The position numbers and the translations under genes were made by a program. The notes under the pieces are model-generated. The model was not told the origin of the DNA. It saw nothing but the letters and a program-made list of their open reading frames with translations, and did no database searches. A stretch of DNA of 64,000 bases from Sphaerodactylus townsendi (Eukaryota), in NCBI RefSeq assembly GCF_021028975.2, contig NC_059435.1, forward strand, positions 65,038,001 through 65,102,000, read 5' to 3'. The stretch's first letter is position 1; each line of letters begins with the position of its first letter. This document shows positions 12,318-25,600 of the stretch, one piece after another.

Positions 12318-12633
12318 GAGAGCCAATGTGGTGTAGTGGTTAAGAGCAGGTGGATTCTAATCTGGAGAACTGGGTTTGATTCCCCACTCCTCCACATGAG
12401 TGGCAGAGGCTTATCTGGTGAACCAGATGTGTTTCCACACTCCTACACATTCCTGTTGGGTGACCTTGGGCTAGTCACAGTTCTTTGGAACTCTCTCAGT
12501 CCCACCTACCTCACCTGGCATCTGTTGTGGGGAGAGGAAGGGAAAGGAGTTTGTAAGCCACCTTGAACCTCCTTACAGGAGAGAAAGGTGGGGTAAAAAT
12601 CTAAACTCCTCCTCCTCCTCCTCCATCTTCTCC
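12318..12633 (+). mobile_element. Full-length Squam3-like SINE
   Basis: GAGAGCCAATGTGGTGTAGTGGTTAAGAGC head, GGTTTGATTCCCC B box, (CCT)n tail. Confidence 0.88.
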
Positions 12634-12919
12634 TAAATCTCAGCCAGACTAACTTGTCCCCTTTCTGCACAGAAACGTTCTCTGTGAACATTCTGATAAC
12701 TTTGCCCCTAAAGGAGGTCATAAGTATTTCCCACTGTCATCCACGTCAGCCGATGAGTGCTAGCACTCCACTAGCACAATGTGAACGAATCCAAACACTT
12801 CATCAGATACTTTTTAAAAATAAAACACAGAAATCCTAACTTCTGTTGGTGAATTTCAAGGAAATGATGGACTGACTTGCAAAGTCTGGCAAAAGTCCCA
12901 CTTATTAGAAATGGAAATT

Positions 12920-13106
12920 AAGCCGTCTTTGACCATCAAGACAGCTTGGCGGGTGGGTTTTCAACCCAGGCAAGAGGTGCTCAGAGGAGGTTTGCCATTG
13001 CCTGCCTCTGCGTCACATCTCCCAGCCAAAAACTTGCCAGAGTTGGCCGTGCATGGCTTCTGAGATCTGACAAGATCAAGCTAACCTGTGCTATCCAGGT
13101 CAGGAC
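12920..13106 (-). mobile_element. 5S rRNA-derived SINE with RTE/Sauria-like body (degenerate)
   Basis: Minus strand reads CCTGACCTGGATAGCACAGGTTAGCTTGATCTTGTCAGATCTCAGAAGC (5S-like), then AGGCAATGGCAAACCTCCTCTG. Confidence 0.6.
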
Positions 13107-15239
13107 AAATTAAGCATACCCGATCAGAACTAACGGGACGTAAAAGTAGTTACTCAGTGAGATACCCTCCCTTGTTTTTCTAGAACTGCACAATCCAGCA
13201 ATATCTGTAAGGGGTAACATGAACAACAACAACAAAAATGTGCATGCTTTTGCAGACACAGATTTGCTGAGAGAAGGTTGGCCAAGGATTTTCTCAACAA
13301 GCTGTTTCAATTCTTGAATCCCCCCCCCGGCCCGCCCGCCCCGCTTACTATTCAGGAACTTGCTTTGAGAGAATGAGAATAGCAAATTCAAGCAGATGCC
13401 CAAACATAGATCTGCCTGTGCAGACTTTCCTCCAAGGAATTCACGGTGCTACAGGGTTCCTCTTTCCAATTTATTATCACAACAACCCTATGAGGCTGGC
13501 AAGGCGGAGAGAGACTGGCCCCAGGTCACGCAGTGAGCTTCATGGCAGAACAGAGATCTGAATTCAGATTCTAGTCAGACCTTCTAACCTCTGCGCCATT
13601 CTAGCTCTTGTATCTGTAACCCATCTTTTTTTTTCTTTTGAACAGTTGCTGAATTTCCATGCAGACAGCTGTTTCTAATGGTCTTTATTTCCCATTCTCT
13701 TTGCTTCCCTAATTCTTGATGGCTCGATTTCCTAACTGCAGCAGTTTCGGGCCTCTCTCCCCACCCCACCAACATTTCTTTTCAGACTTCATTGTGAACT
13801 AAGCAAAAAGGTCTCTCTTATAACCTAATTACAGTCTCCGTGGGGGATGATGGAGCCATAGTGAATTTCCCCCAAGATTAAATCATTAAAAAAAACTCAT
13901 CTCTGTGTGTGCGCGTAAGTTTTCCCCAGTATTATCCCTCCTAACACAGTGCAAACAATGAAATAGCTAATGCAAGAGACAAAATGATGACAGCATTTCC
14001 AGATCTGTGTTCCAGTTAGATTGATAAAGTGATCAGATCTAAAAAGAGGGCAAAGTTCTTCACTCTTTAAAAGTTGTGCCGAATTCAGCAAATACAGTTT
14101 GTAACGCAGGGGGCGGGAAAAGCTGCACCATTGGAAAGAGCCTATCATTTCTTGCTACCATAACATCTAGAATGGTGAGATTTGTCATTTCTGTGGTTTA
14201 AACTAATGGAAACCAGGGCTTTGAGAAATGCAGAGGATGTAGCTTTTCACACTGTCCCGAGAGAAGCTGCAGCTTATGAAATCCCCATCTATGTCACCAT
14301 CCAAGGGATCGGATTCAGAGCACTGTGACTGCACCATGTCACAGAATCCATGCGTCTACAAGGCTGCTGTGCCTTTAATAGTTAAGTAGCAGGAGAAGTT
14401 TAAGGAAGGGCAACTTCTCACTCTTTGAATGACAAGCTACAGTGCTGATATCTCCTCCCTGCACTCTTTAACAGGAGCGTTCTCCCCTTTTTTATTTATT
14501 CAGCTTTTCTTTTCTTTTTTGCCTTTTGCCTTCGACCTCCCTATTTTGGAGGGCGAGTGGATTACAGAGAGAGCAACAGCCACCAGACTGACAATAGTTT
14601 TTTCCTCATTCCGTATCAATTAACCCCTTCTTCTCTGCTCTTGCGCTGTGTATAAAAGACGCTTCACATGGAAGTTTGCTTAAGAAGTCAGGACAACTAC
14701 AGTTCGTTTGGGGGTTTTCTTCTGTGGGGCTTGGTGACACTCCTGTTAAAGCTGCCACCTTATTTGGAGTTCAGGGCAGATTTTTCTATAAACTCAGTTC
14801 TTTAAAACATGGTCAGGTTCCGGCTGAGGCCTGTAGCCACAGTGGTGCCAAAGGGGGCTGTGTCCCATTACTCATTTGTCATGCTACTCCAATCAGCACT
14901 GGGGTTGGCATCAATCTTTCAAGTGTAAATCCTCTATGTTAAAAAAAGGCGTGAATCCTGTCATAAGTCTTCCAAATGTGAATTCTCTATGCTAGAACTG
15001 GCTAGAACAGAATCAGCAGTTAGTGTCCAAATTTTAAAAGCTTGGGATGGCGGCGGCGGCGGGGGGGGGGGGGGGACAAAGGATGTCTGAAACTTTTCTT
15101 GCACTTTGTAATCCAAGGCCCTGCTTATTAGATCCTGAGATTCAATTACATCACTTTATACTATGCATATACCTTGAGCCTCCAGTACAAAATGGGCACC
15201 TAAAGAACAAAGCACCAATAATTTTTTTCAAAAAGAATG

Positions 15240-15506
15240 TATTGTCGAAGGCTTTCGTGGTCGGATTCAACTGGTTGTAGTGGGTTTTCCGGCCTGCATG
15301 GCCGTGGTCTGGTGGATCTTGTCCCAAACGTTTAGCCTGCATCTGTGGCCGGCATCTTCAGAGGCGTATCACAGAGAGAAGTGTGTTGCACACGGTGTCC
15401 AGACTTCTCTCTGGGATACACCTCTGAAGATGCCAGCCAGAGATGCAGGCACAACGCTGGGTCGACCAGACCACGGCCACACAGCCCGGAAGACCCACAA
15501 CAACCC
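15240..15506. mobile_element. Fold-back Penelope-derived element with two opposing degenerate hammerhead motifs
   Basis: Inverted arms ~15273-15381 and ~15402-15506; CTGAAGA-TGCC..GGC motif on both strands; direct repeat AAAGAATG on both sides (15232-15239, 15511-15518). Confidence 0.8.
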
Positions 15507-15579
15507 AAATAAAGAATGATGGGCTAACCATCCCTGTGTCCCCCCACCCCACCCCCTTGCAAATTTGCTGGCCAGGCGG

Positions 15580-16600
15580 CTATTCTGGCTGCAGATTGGC
15601 CGGACCAGGCTTCTAACAGATCCCCTCCAGCACAGAGCTCCCTTCTTTTCCGACCAGGTCCCGGGCATCTCCATCATCAGCCCAAAGGGGAGCTGAGTTT
15701 GCAAGCTGGCAGGCAGGCGAGGGGCGGGGGGGGGGGCTGCCGGTGATGTCAGAGCCGGGAGGCGGCGGTGATTGGATCTAATTAGGCTTTGCAGCAGCAA
15801 ATAAGCGCGCCGCCTGCCCAGATTGGCCTCAAAGTGGCTGGCGGAGCCAAACAGCTGGCAGCGAGAGGTGCAGGGGAAGCAGCGAAGAACAACAACAACC
15901 CACCCAAAAACAAGAGCCAGAAAGTCCGGCAAAGCCGGTGCAGCCGCAGCCCTGCTCGAGCCAGGCGGGGCGGAGCGCGCGAGGGGCAGCTTTCCCCGGC
16001 AGGGGGACCAGAGTTCCCGGTCAGCTGGGTCCCCCCCAGCCCCGATTTGCCTCTACCTGTGCAAAGTCCAAGACGGGAGCTTTTTAAATGCGCTGAAGCC
16101 CAGGCGGGGCAGCTCTTCGCAACTGCAAGCCCCGCAGAGCTGGGGAAGGAAAGTCCGCAGCCGCCGGGCAGAAGAGCATCTCCCCCCCCCCCCCCCCGGC
16201 AGAGACTGTCCCCCTTCCTTCCGACCGCGGCTATGACTTCCGTGCTGGGGACCAGCAGAGCCTCGGGGGGTCCGAGCGGCCAACTGCGAGGCAAGTCCAA
16301 GCGGAGGAGGCGGAGGCGATGCAAGAGGAAAGGTAAGCGCCGCGGGGGGGGGGGGGTCTCTCTTTTTGGCCGGCTGGGGCGCCTCCTCGCCCCCCCCCCC
16401 TTGCTGTCTTTTGGCCGCCCTGCTTGGAGGCTGACTTGTTGGAGGGGCCCAAAAATATAAAGTGCGCCTTTGCGACTCTTTCCTCCCCGGGTTGTGACTC
16501 TTCCTGGCTCGGGTTGCGGACGGGCGTTTGCAGAAATTCCCCCGGGCAGGTGCGGATGGGGAGCCGGAGCGTGCCTTATAAAAGGGATCAGATTTTACTC
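15580..16600 (+). promoter_or_regulatory. ADARB2: CpG island / promoter and 5' UTR of ADARB2
   Basis: GC- and CpG-rich non-repetitive block around exon 1; inverted CCAAT boxes (ATTGG 15595, 15771, 15822), GC box 15721-15729, TGATGTCA 15744-15751; TSS cannot be placed from sequence. Confidence 0.8.
16233..16332 (+). CDS. ADARB2: ADARB2 (ADAR3) coding exon 1, arginine-rich R-domain
   Basis: [33 protein letters not shown]+G aligns without gaps to the recalled human ADAR3 N-terminus [33 protein letters not shown](D); 100-nt phase-1 exon ending AAG|GTAAG; lies in a CpG island. Confidence 0.93.
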
Positions 16601-19600
16601 TAGATGGCTCTAGAAAACCCACTGGGAAGGGAAGGGTAAAAAACGCACGCACCTTTTTTCTGGTCTTCCCATGTGCTGGGATCCAAATAACCCAGGTCCC
16701 ACTGCACCTGGCAAGGAGCACAGGTGTTTCCTTTGACCCTGCATGACGGGAAGGGGGGGGGGGTAGCTGGAGCCATCCAAAAGAGCATGAAAGGCAGCCA
16801 GGATTTTAATACCACTTATCTCCATCCGATTTGCTGGTAGGCGCATACTTTTGCTGAGCCTGGCGTGCCACATGGCTCTTCGACTGTGCACAAACGAAGG
16901 TGCGCAGAGCATCGCTTCCTACCTGCCCGGATCCCAATCTCAGATGATATTTCCAAGGAGAAGATGTGGAGAGGGAAGCATCTTCCTGGCTGCCAGAAAT
17001 GCAGGGGAGGGGAGATGTGAACCCTCCGGTGTGCTGACTGGCAGGTTGCGCATAGCAAGCTGGCACTTCTGCGCCTCGTGGTGAATAATTTCGCCCAGGT
17101 TTGTGATATTTAAAGTTTGGGAGTGCATTAGCGCCGCTCCAGTTCTCGGAGGCGACCAAAATTCTATAAATGGGAGAAGAGCAATTATCCTAATCCAAGA
17201 AGAGAAAGAGCGGAGCTTGTGAGTGTCATAGGAAGCTGAAAGTCTGCCAGGAGATGAAAGGTTCTCTCAAAGCTGCCCTGTTTTCTCATAAAGGAAGGAT
17301 AAGATGTTGCAGGCAGATTGCTAATGCTTGTCTCCACTGTTGCTCTTAAGATACTCAGAATAGTTGAAAGTGGAGTAATTGACAAGTGCAAGGTAGAACT
17401 CTAGTTCGTGAAGGCAAATGCACTCAGCCGCCAAAGACTCCTGTCGGAGCAGTAAATTCCACCTCGTCTACACTTGTCATTGTTACAGAGGTCTTAGATA
17501 AGTTTCTGTCAGCTCACTCAATCACCTCGAGACTGATCTTTTTGTAGCTGTGATAAAAAACGTTTCTTTCCACCTCCGGATATTAAGCGTTTCCGATGGT
17601 TCGTGGCCTAAAATATCAATTGCACGCAGTGGCGTTTCTTAAATTCTGTTCTTTCAGATCCGGCATATGCTTGGCTGAATTTTTGGGGAACATTTAGGGG
17701 AGCTGCTCTGAGTGAGCCAAACCTTTCTTAAGTTGTGTTGCACATGTACTTTTCTTTCTTTTCAAGCATTCCACAGCAGTGAGTGACTTGTAGCCAAGTT
17801 AACCAACATGTGTATGGACAGGAATGGCAATACATCCATCACTGTTAAATATGTCATGTTAACATATTTGGCTGCCCTCTTTAAAAAAAAAGTCTTATTT
17901 TTTTATTCTATTTCAAAAGAAGCTTCTGCAAGTAATAATTGAAATGTCAATTAGGAGAAAAACCTAACGTAATTTTTAAAAATTTGTAGTAAATTGAACT
18001 CTGAAGTTTCACTGTTCCATTAAACCTCTCATATATTGTACTGAGCAAATTGGTGCTTAAATATTCAGGGATTATGGATTTTGCCTGTACTTCTGGGTAT
18101 CCTGAGTGCCTGTATCAGTTTGATGTGCTTTCTAGGAATTTTAAAACATAATGTTATTCTGCACTTGGCTTTTGAAATGAATCAACAATGAATTTCAGCC
18201 CAAATTCCACTCTTGGAATGTTTTGCATGTAGATTTCACTGGGTAACTCTGTTTTTAAGCCTGTAAGTTTGAAAACTCTGTAATGAACATTCAGTCCATC
18301 TTTAATATTTCCTTCTGCCTGTCTGCAAGTGCTCTTGCAAGGAGAAAGGATTATTATTGGAAAGCATCAATGTGATTGTTTGGGGCAGCCGCCGTTGGGA
18401 TTAAGTTATAGGTAGCTCCAAGCATCAATAACTATATGAGTGAACTATCAAACTTACTTCTTTGAAATAATTATATTCCAAAGTGCAAACTTCTGTGAAC
18501 AGTTATTTGATTTTCTGCCTTTGGGAGTGTACTGGTTGCAAAGACTCCTTTGACAGTTTCTTTTTGGAGATGCACAGAACCATGCTTGTAAAAATATATC
18601 GTTTCTGTCTCTTGGCAATAAAAACTGCAACTTAAAAACACATTCTGAAGGTAACCTGTTGAATTTGCTAGTTTTATAATGGCATACAGCAGTATTGGAA
18701 CAGACCCTGTTGTCACTGAAAGAGGTGGTATAATTTCATTTTTCAATTAAAAAGATGATTTGTTTAATGATAACCGTATACAAGGCAAGCAAGTACAGAT
18801 AATTGGTTGCAAGAATGAATGAAGTTTTTAAGCATCCCTACAGGATAAAACACCAACTAAATTTTGCTGTTTTCCTCAGTGTTTTCTGATTGTATCAGAA
18901 CACCATCTTTAAATGACTTGTAATTATTTCTATACTTACTGCACTCTAAGGTATATTATACTATTTATAGTAGATTTTGTCAATTACTCTTTTAATAAGT
19001 AAGCTATCTAGAATCCATTTTTTGAGATGTAAATGTCCACTTCTCACACACATACAAACAACATTTGCTGAGTCCATACTAAATTTAAGCCTGGCTTTGA
19101 AGGGTGTAAGAAAATGAAATATACAAACTAGTTGCTCGGATAACAAACGCTTGTGGATTACATACAGAAAACTGGACATTCCTTTTCAGTTGTCTAATGT
19201 AATGCTTTCATCTATCACATTGTAAAGGTGTGCTTGTATTTAATCAATAATGATTGACATGACTCTGAGGAGGCTGATGTCTGTCTGATTATATAGCTTG
19301 TTTTTTTGCCCTGTAGGATTTCTCCCTCTCAGTTTTATGTTTTAGTCTTGCAGCATACACCTCCGATGTATGGCTCTGTTTTGGTTTTTTTCCCCTTAAG
19401 CATTTTGTTAATAGGAATTGGCTGGCAAAGAGTTAAAGTGAAGTCATGTTTTATGAATAGCTAAAAATCAGGATATATTCAGAATTAAAGGATTTTGCTA
19501 CAGCAGTTTTTTTTATTTCAGTGGCTAATTCAGAAATTTTGCCACGTGATGTGTACTGTCTACAGATATTTGATCATTGTTTTGTACTTGGGGCACGATC

Positions 19601-22600
19601 CAGCCAAATCTGAACCTAAACATCCGCTGATGTTTTGTTCTCTTATAATCAGTGGGAATTGAAAGTGCTTAACTTGAGTTGCTGGATCATGCTCTCACTA
19701 AAGATCTTACTGGGGGTTTTATGGTGACTCAAAGTGTGATTTTGAGCCTTCAAGAGATGCTAAAAATCAAAACATTAACAAATGTCTATATTGCACTGCA
19801 GGTGTGTGTTTCTGTACACCAGATTTTTAAACGCACAATTTGAAAGTAGGCCGCACTTCAAAAAGGAAATGCATATGGATTAGGGCATGTTGCTTGCTAC
19901 CAATTTATCATAAGGCAAAAAAAAATGGCCTCCTGTTTAGAACTGTTGGTACGTAGTTGTCATTGAGGAATATATTTGCAATAACAGTCTGAAAAATAAA
20001 CATCTTGTCCTCTAATTCAACATGAATGTTACTGTTTCTTAAAAGCTTCCTTAAATAAGTTCCAGTATAAAAAATGGTTGTTTTGTGATGTTTTGTATAA
20101 TTGTACTAGTTCCTTTGTAGTTCCTATTTTAATGCCTATGTATTACATATGTTAGCATTAGTAAAATGGATTCACAGACTTGAAAGAATTTGCTCTTTAA
20201 TATGTACTAGCTTTTAAAAACATAACCAGGTTTTATTTTTATGTTGAATTCGCCCCTCTATCCCAAAGTAATAATCCAGACAACTAGAATAAGAGAGGCA
20301 GCCTGAAATTCAGTTTGTACAAAATAGAACGAAACCCATTTAAAGACCAATTTAAAAGACAATGTGATTATTTTGGGGACGAAAACACTTGAAGATGATG
20401 GAATCTTCATGCGCAGGTGTTGAGAAACTTTCAGCTACTGGTAAAATGTACCAAAGCAAAGAAAGTAATTCTTGAAAATATGGAGGTTGGAATTTTTCCT
20501 TGCTTTCTTATTTAGTACTTCACAATAGCAATTAAAATGACTAATTGTTTGGAGGGAGGGGGTCCTCCATTGTTAGACTAGATCTGAGGTGGTGAGAAGT
20601 AAACAAAAAGTGGAATGTTGCATTATGGAAGAGAAAGAGGAGCAGGTGTAAAATACGTGTCTTGAGAAATGAGATTATAATATAATGGCAGTTTCCATGA
20701 AGACTAATGAAATTTCAAGACAGTGTTAAATATGACACTGTTGAGCTTGCGTGGATTTCCATTGTCCTGTAATACCAAGGAAACAAATGTGTATTTTCCA
20801 TCTTGAGCTGAATTCAGGGACAAACGTTCCCTCCTACAACAGGCTCCTGGCTCGATTCAGACCGTGCTTTGGTTATCTTGCTTCCCTCCCCCCCCCTGCC
20901 CCGGCTGCTTGTGGAGAAAGATTGGATTTGGTGATAAAATGAAAATTGATTAAAACTTTACATCTAGCATCTTATTTTGAGCATCTTTTAACCCGCCATC
21001 CCCATCCTATGATTTTACCTCTGATTTCTAGTCACCTGTAGTAATGGCAGTAATTTGAGATTGTATCAAAAGCATTAGCTGCAATGGCTGAACTTAAATT
21101 TAGAATGAGGGGGAGAAAATATAGAACTCATAACTATGTATCTACACGGTGGTGAAGTATTACATAAATAACAGAGCTGCCTCTTTCTAGCAAAAAATGT
21201 CTAAATGGGGAAAGCTGGATGGGATGTAGGAGAGCAGTGAAATGAATCATTCTACTATTAGCAAAATATATATTTGGCCTTCAGGTTAAAATGTGTATTT
21301 AAAGGAATGAATTGCATATTTGATTACTTGTACAGTTCTACCTGCCAAATTGTATTAATTTGATTCCCAATAAAAAGGTGTTCACACTTAACAGGTTTAG
21401 GGTGGTGTGCTCCTCTTTTATTTTGCATGCCTTTTAAAAAGTGCTTGGAGACCAGTAACAGTCTGGCTTTTAAATTTTGTCCTCCTTCCCTTCTTAGATC
21501 ACCTGAAATCTCCCCCCCCCCCACACACACACACATATACCCTTGTCCTAGCTACTCACACGTAGAGCATATTTTAATTGAGATGAATGAAGTATTTTAA
21601 GGACCTGATGCTGGATTGTCTGAGCTGGTACTGACACGTGTGAAACCGTACATTGTTGAAAATGAGAGGCTGTATGAAAATGCCCAACGAAAGATCAAAG
21701 CCATATTAAGGGGGGGGGGCTGTGGGTTTTCTTACCCGTATTTCCTTTTTTTACAGCTGCATGTAATTTTTATGAGAAAAGTGGTTAGTAAATGGTAATA
21801 TTTAGAACAGTACAGTCTTTTCCTATTAACTCTTTATGAGATTGCATTACAAAGAAGTGTTACCCATTAGCAGCACAATGGATAGAACAACAACATACCC
21901 CTGACAAAACAGAAATGAACTACTGGATTGAGAAAATACATCCTATAAAAATCTCTTTTAACAGTGGAGGAGTCCTCCCATTTCCCCCCTAAATTCCCAT
22001 CCAATGGCCTTTTCTGTCACTCAAAGCAGCTTTAAACGTTTGTAGTGTGTATTTGCAAAATAAGAGAATAACTGTGTTCAAGAGTAAAGAAAAATACTTT
22101 AACCAGACGAAATATCCCTTGCCAGACAGACTTAATTATTGTGAGTAGCAATGAAGTTTTAATTCAGTCCCTTGTTTATAAAGATATAATAACTCCACCG
22201 TCTCCACAGCTTTTTACAAGCTTGTTGTGTTTGTAAGAGATGAGTTATCTGGATAGAAAGAGTCTTGATACGCATTGGCAGATCCATCATTCTAAAAGGA
22301 CCCGCGACGATCTTGCTGTGTTCTTCTGTAAAGTCTCTAGTTCCCATTCAAGTTGCACGATTTCTGATATAGAAAATACACGGATTGTATTCCTCCTTTA
22401 TCTCACCTTTTCCCGCTGGCCCTCTTTGTTTAAAATTCTAACAACCTAGCAGGTCTTGCAAGAAGCAAGTTGCAGTGATGGATGAAACATAGCAATTTGC
22501 TCATTTCTCAGTAGCTTGTGATCGTGTTCGTTATTCTCCCGGATAATATGCATTTAGTATGAATGTGTCAAGTAATTTTGAGAGCTTATGTTTGGTTTCT

Positions 22601-25600
22601 TAATGTCGCTCGGGTGAAGAGAAGGCTTTCTGGGTTTTCTTATTTGTGTGCTTGTTTTGATATACATGTGTAAAATTGCATTGTTGAAGCCTAAATTAAT
22701 ACAGTCATTGCTCAGGATGAGGAAAAGCAACTTAACTGAAGGAGTATCGTAGGAAATTTGCAGCCTTGGTTAGAAAAGTAGCTGAATGTTAGCTCATAGG
22801 AGACCTGAATGAAAAATTATGTTGAATACTCTCAAAGAGTGATTTGTTAATAGGTTGGTTTGCCCTTGTTAGAGGATGCCCTTCTGTTAAAGCGGCTAAA
22901 GAAATAAAGGGGATGAAAATGGTGTGCCTTGTATTCTTGGGAAAAGTGCACCTTATGACATTGTAGGTAGGTTCACAAACAGTGAGGATCTACAGAGCAG
23001 GTGAATTGGGGGTGGGAGGTCAGAAGAACAAAAGAATAGTCACCAGTGCTGGGGAACAAAGGACCAACTCCAGTGCTCCATGAGGCTCTGGGGTCCGGAA
23101 ATAGCTGGGGCCACCCTGTTCAGGATTGGTGACAATTCCGGCAGTGAAGAGAATGCTGCAGCCACTTGGCTGGAGCAAAAGATGATACAATTAACTGTTT
23201 TCTATTTCCTGCTGGCTCTGAACTGAAGGGATGGGATGCACAGGCATTAGCGTAGGTAGGAGTTATTGGTGAGGATAATGAGAAACTTGTTTACTGATAA
23301 CATAGTACCTTGTGCAGTCCAAGCCACAGCAGCACGGTGGAATAAATACATAGGATGTGGCGCACCAACGGTCATGTATCAAGCTCAAGGTCATGGCAAG
23401 GGCATTATAGCTGTTCTGAGTTAACCCAGGATGTTACTGGGCTCAAAGAGATGTTCTTGCTGAGTGTAGTTTTGAGGTTTTGCCCAAAGCTAACGTGAGA
23501 CAAGGTAGACACGGTAGGTGGAGCTGGGGATGGTCTATCTACGTGGCACCCTAAAGCCTTTTTGGGCGTTACTGAGCGTGATGCTGCGCTGCTGACCTAA
23601 GAGACAGCAGGGAGGGTTTTCTGAGTGGAATTGCAACTGATGTGCTGTGATAGGGACAGTGATGCTGTCTCAGCTGCTTGTGATGATGCAATGGCCGTGT
23701 TATCCTGTTTCAGCTTAGCATATCTAGAAGAGAGTAATATTTGCGCCTAAAAACCCTCATATTTTGTGCCAGGAGTGTCTGCCTACAAAGAACCTTCCTG
23801 TATAAACAGATCATCATTATTGTTTTCCAGGGTCTTTTTGCACTTTACTGTCAGGTGGTTACAGTTGAACAGGCAAGGGCAAAGTACTCCCAGGTGAGGA
23901 AACTGGCAGCTGATTGCATTTCTTAGAAAGTGGTCAAGGCTGGTAGGATCTGAGAATACACAGTTAATTCCAGACATTCAAGTTTTCTTTGGACTTTTGT
24001 TTCTCGACTACCAGGACAAACCGCTTTTGGGGGGGAATGCAAAGGAGTTGCAAGTTAAAAGGAGAGAGAAATCCCAAAGTGACAATGTAGACACAAACTA
24101 TCCTCTGAAATACTGTAATTTTCCTATCTGGTGTGTGCTTTACTTTAGGGCTTCAGTGGGGGGGTTGTCCTCGTGGGTCTCCTCTTTCTACACAAGTAGG
24201 TGTAAAATGCAAGTTGAAATCTCATTCAGTTACATCCTCACCATCTTTCAACTGATGAAGTATGCTTTAGCCCAGGAAAGTTAATGCTACAGCAAATCTG
24301 TTGTTCTTTATGGTGTCATAAAGCTCCATTTTTGTGTTTGCTGCAACAGAGTAACATAGCTACCTACCTGGAATTTGCTTCCAATGCAGTAAAGTTGCAG
24401 TGACTGATCTGTGAGTTACTGACAAGTTATGTTAATACCTGTGTGTAGACTTGAAAATGGTGGCACAATGTGTCAGACATCTTTTGCGGCTACGGCTCTT
24501 CTTTTCCATAAGGAGCACTAACCTAACCTTCAATTCTAAATTAACAAATAAAATGTGAAGCTAAACAGGTTTGATACAGAGGGCTTGGGAGAGAGTGTGA
24601 GTTATACGATGATCAGTCTCAAGCTGCAGACTATACAAATATAAAATCTGTGTTTCTTAGCAGAGGAAGTTTTTCATAATTATTAGCAGTGTCTCTGCAA
24701 GCATAAATGCAGCAATAGCTTCAGATAATCAGAGGAATGAAGAAGTTTCCTGGGAAAGAGAACGGAGTGGGTCGGATTGCCGAGTTCTATTTTCTGAGAC
24801 ATTGCAAAACAGTAATGGGGCATTATGCACTTTACGTGGCCAAGCCATTCGAGGCAGAGTTGCACCCTTCTAAACCCATTAATTCAATTAGACTTAGAAG
24901 GATGTAGCTATTTAAGATGTTGCCATTGATATTTAAACTGTAGAATCCTCCACCCCTGTGTTTTAGACATGAACCTGAGTCAAGACACCTCTCTGAATGA
25001 TGCTTTAAGGCTACGTAAGGTGAATGTTCTGTTCAAGTGAATAGAAGCAGACAGACTCACTGAGATTATTTTCTGAGCGAGGCACTAATCACTGTCAGAT
25101 ACAGTGACTAAAGTCATAGCTGTACAATGCAGTTGCCTTCATAAACCATGGTTGGGTGATCTTGTTGAACGGGTTGGTATTGGACCTTCAAATCAAAGTG
25201 AGCACAGCTGTAAAGAAGAACAGAAAACTCAGTCCATTTCGTTTCCACTTTGGGCTAATTTTGTCTTTTAGTCATTGTCTGAAAGCTTTAGCATATGACA
25301 TAAATACACAGTTGACATGTATTGCAATAAATGCCCCGACTACCATGGGTATCATCTGTTGTGAACATCTTCTATGGAAGACCTACTAAATGTTGAAAAA
25401 GCATAGCCACAGCAAGGTTTCTGTGGTTTCTAGAGGTCTCAAATAACAGAAATTAAAACTTGTCCATACTTCTTTGCAGTTTAAGTGTGGACTGTAAAAT
25501 ACGTTAAGTCGATGTGGTATGCTACTTAGGTTATCTAGTTCATGTTCCCACTCTGCCATAAAGTCCACTGGGTGACCTTGAGACGTTCATCCACTTTATC

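Noticed and set aside
12318-12400. tRNA-like A/B boxes (repeated many times in the window)
   Set aside because: SINE heads continuous with SINE bodies; no complete cloverleaf
13020-13106. 5S rRNA-like sequence
   Set aside because: Diverged and fused to a SINE body; not a functional 5S gene
15369-16721. Long overlapping ORFs (137-223 aa) on both strands
   Set aside because: Stop-poor GC-rich CpG island; only 16233-16332 has a recognisable protein match and a splice donor
22990-23730. Compositionally coding-like segment on the minus strand
   Set aside because: The minus-strand frames I translated have stops and I recognise no motif; possibly an old retroelement, cannot be supported
25190-25230. 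ATCAAAGTGAGC resembling the start of ADARB2 exon 2 (KVS)
   Set aside because: No acceptor site, and the downstream translation does not match ILSTFLAPFK
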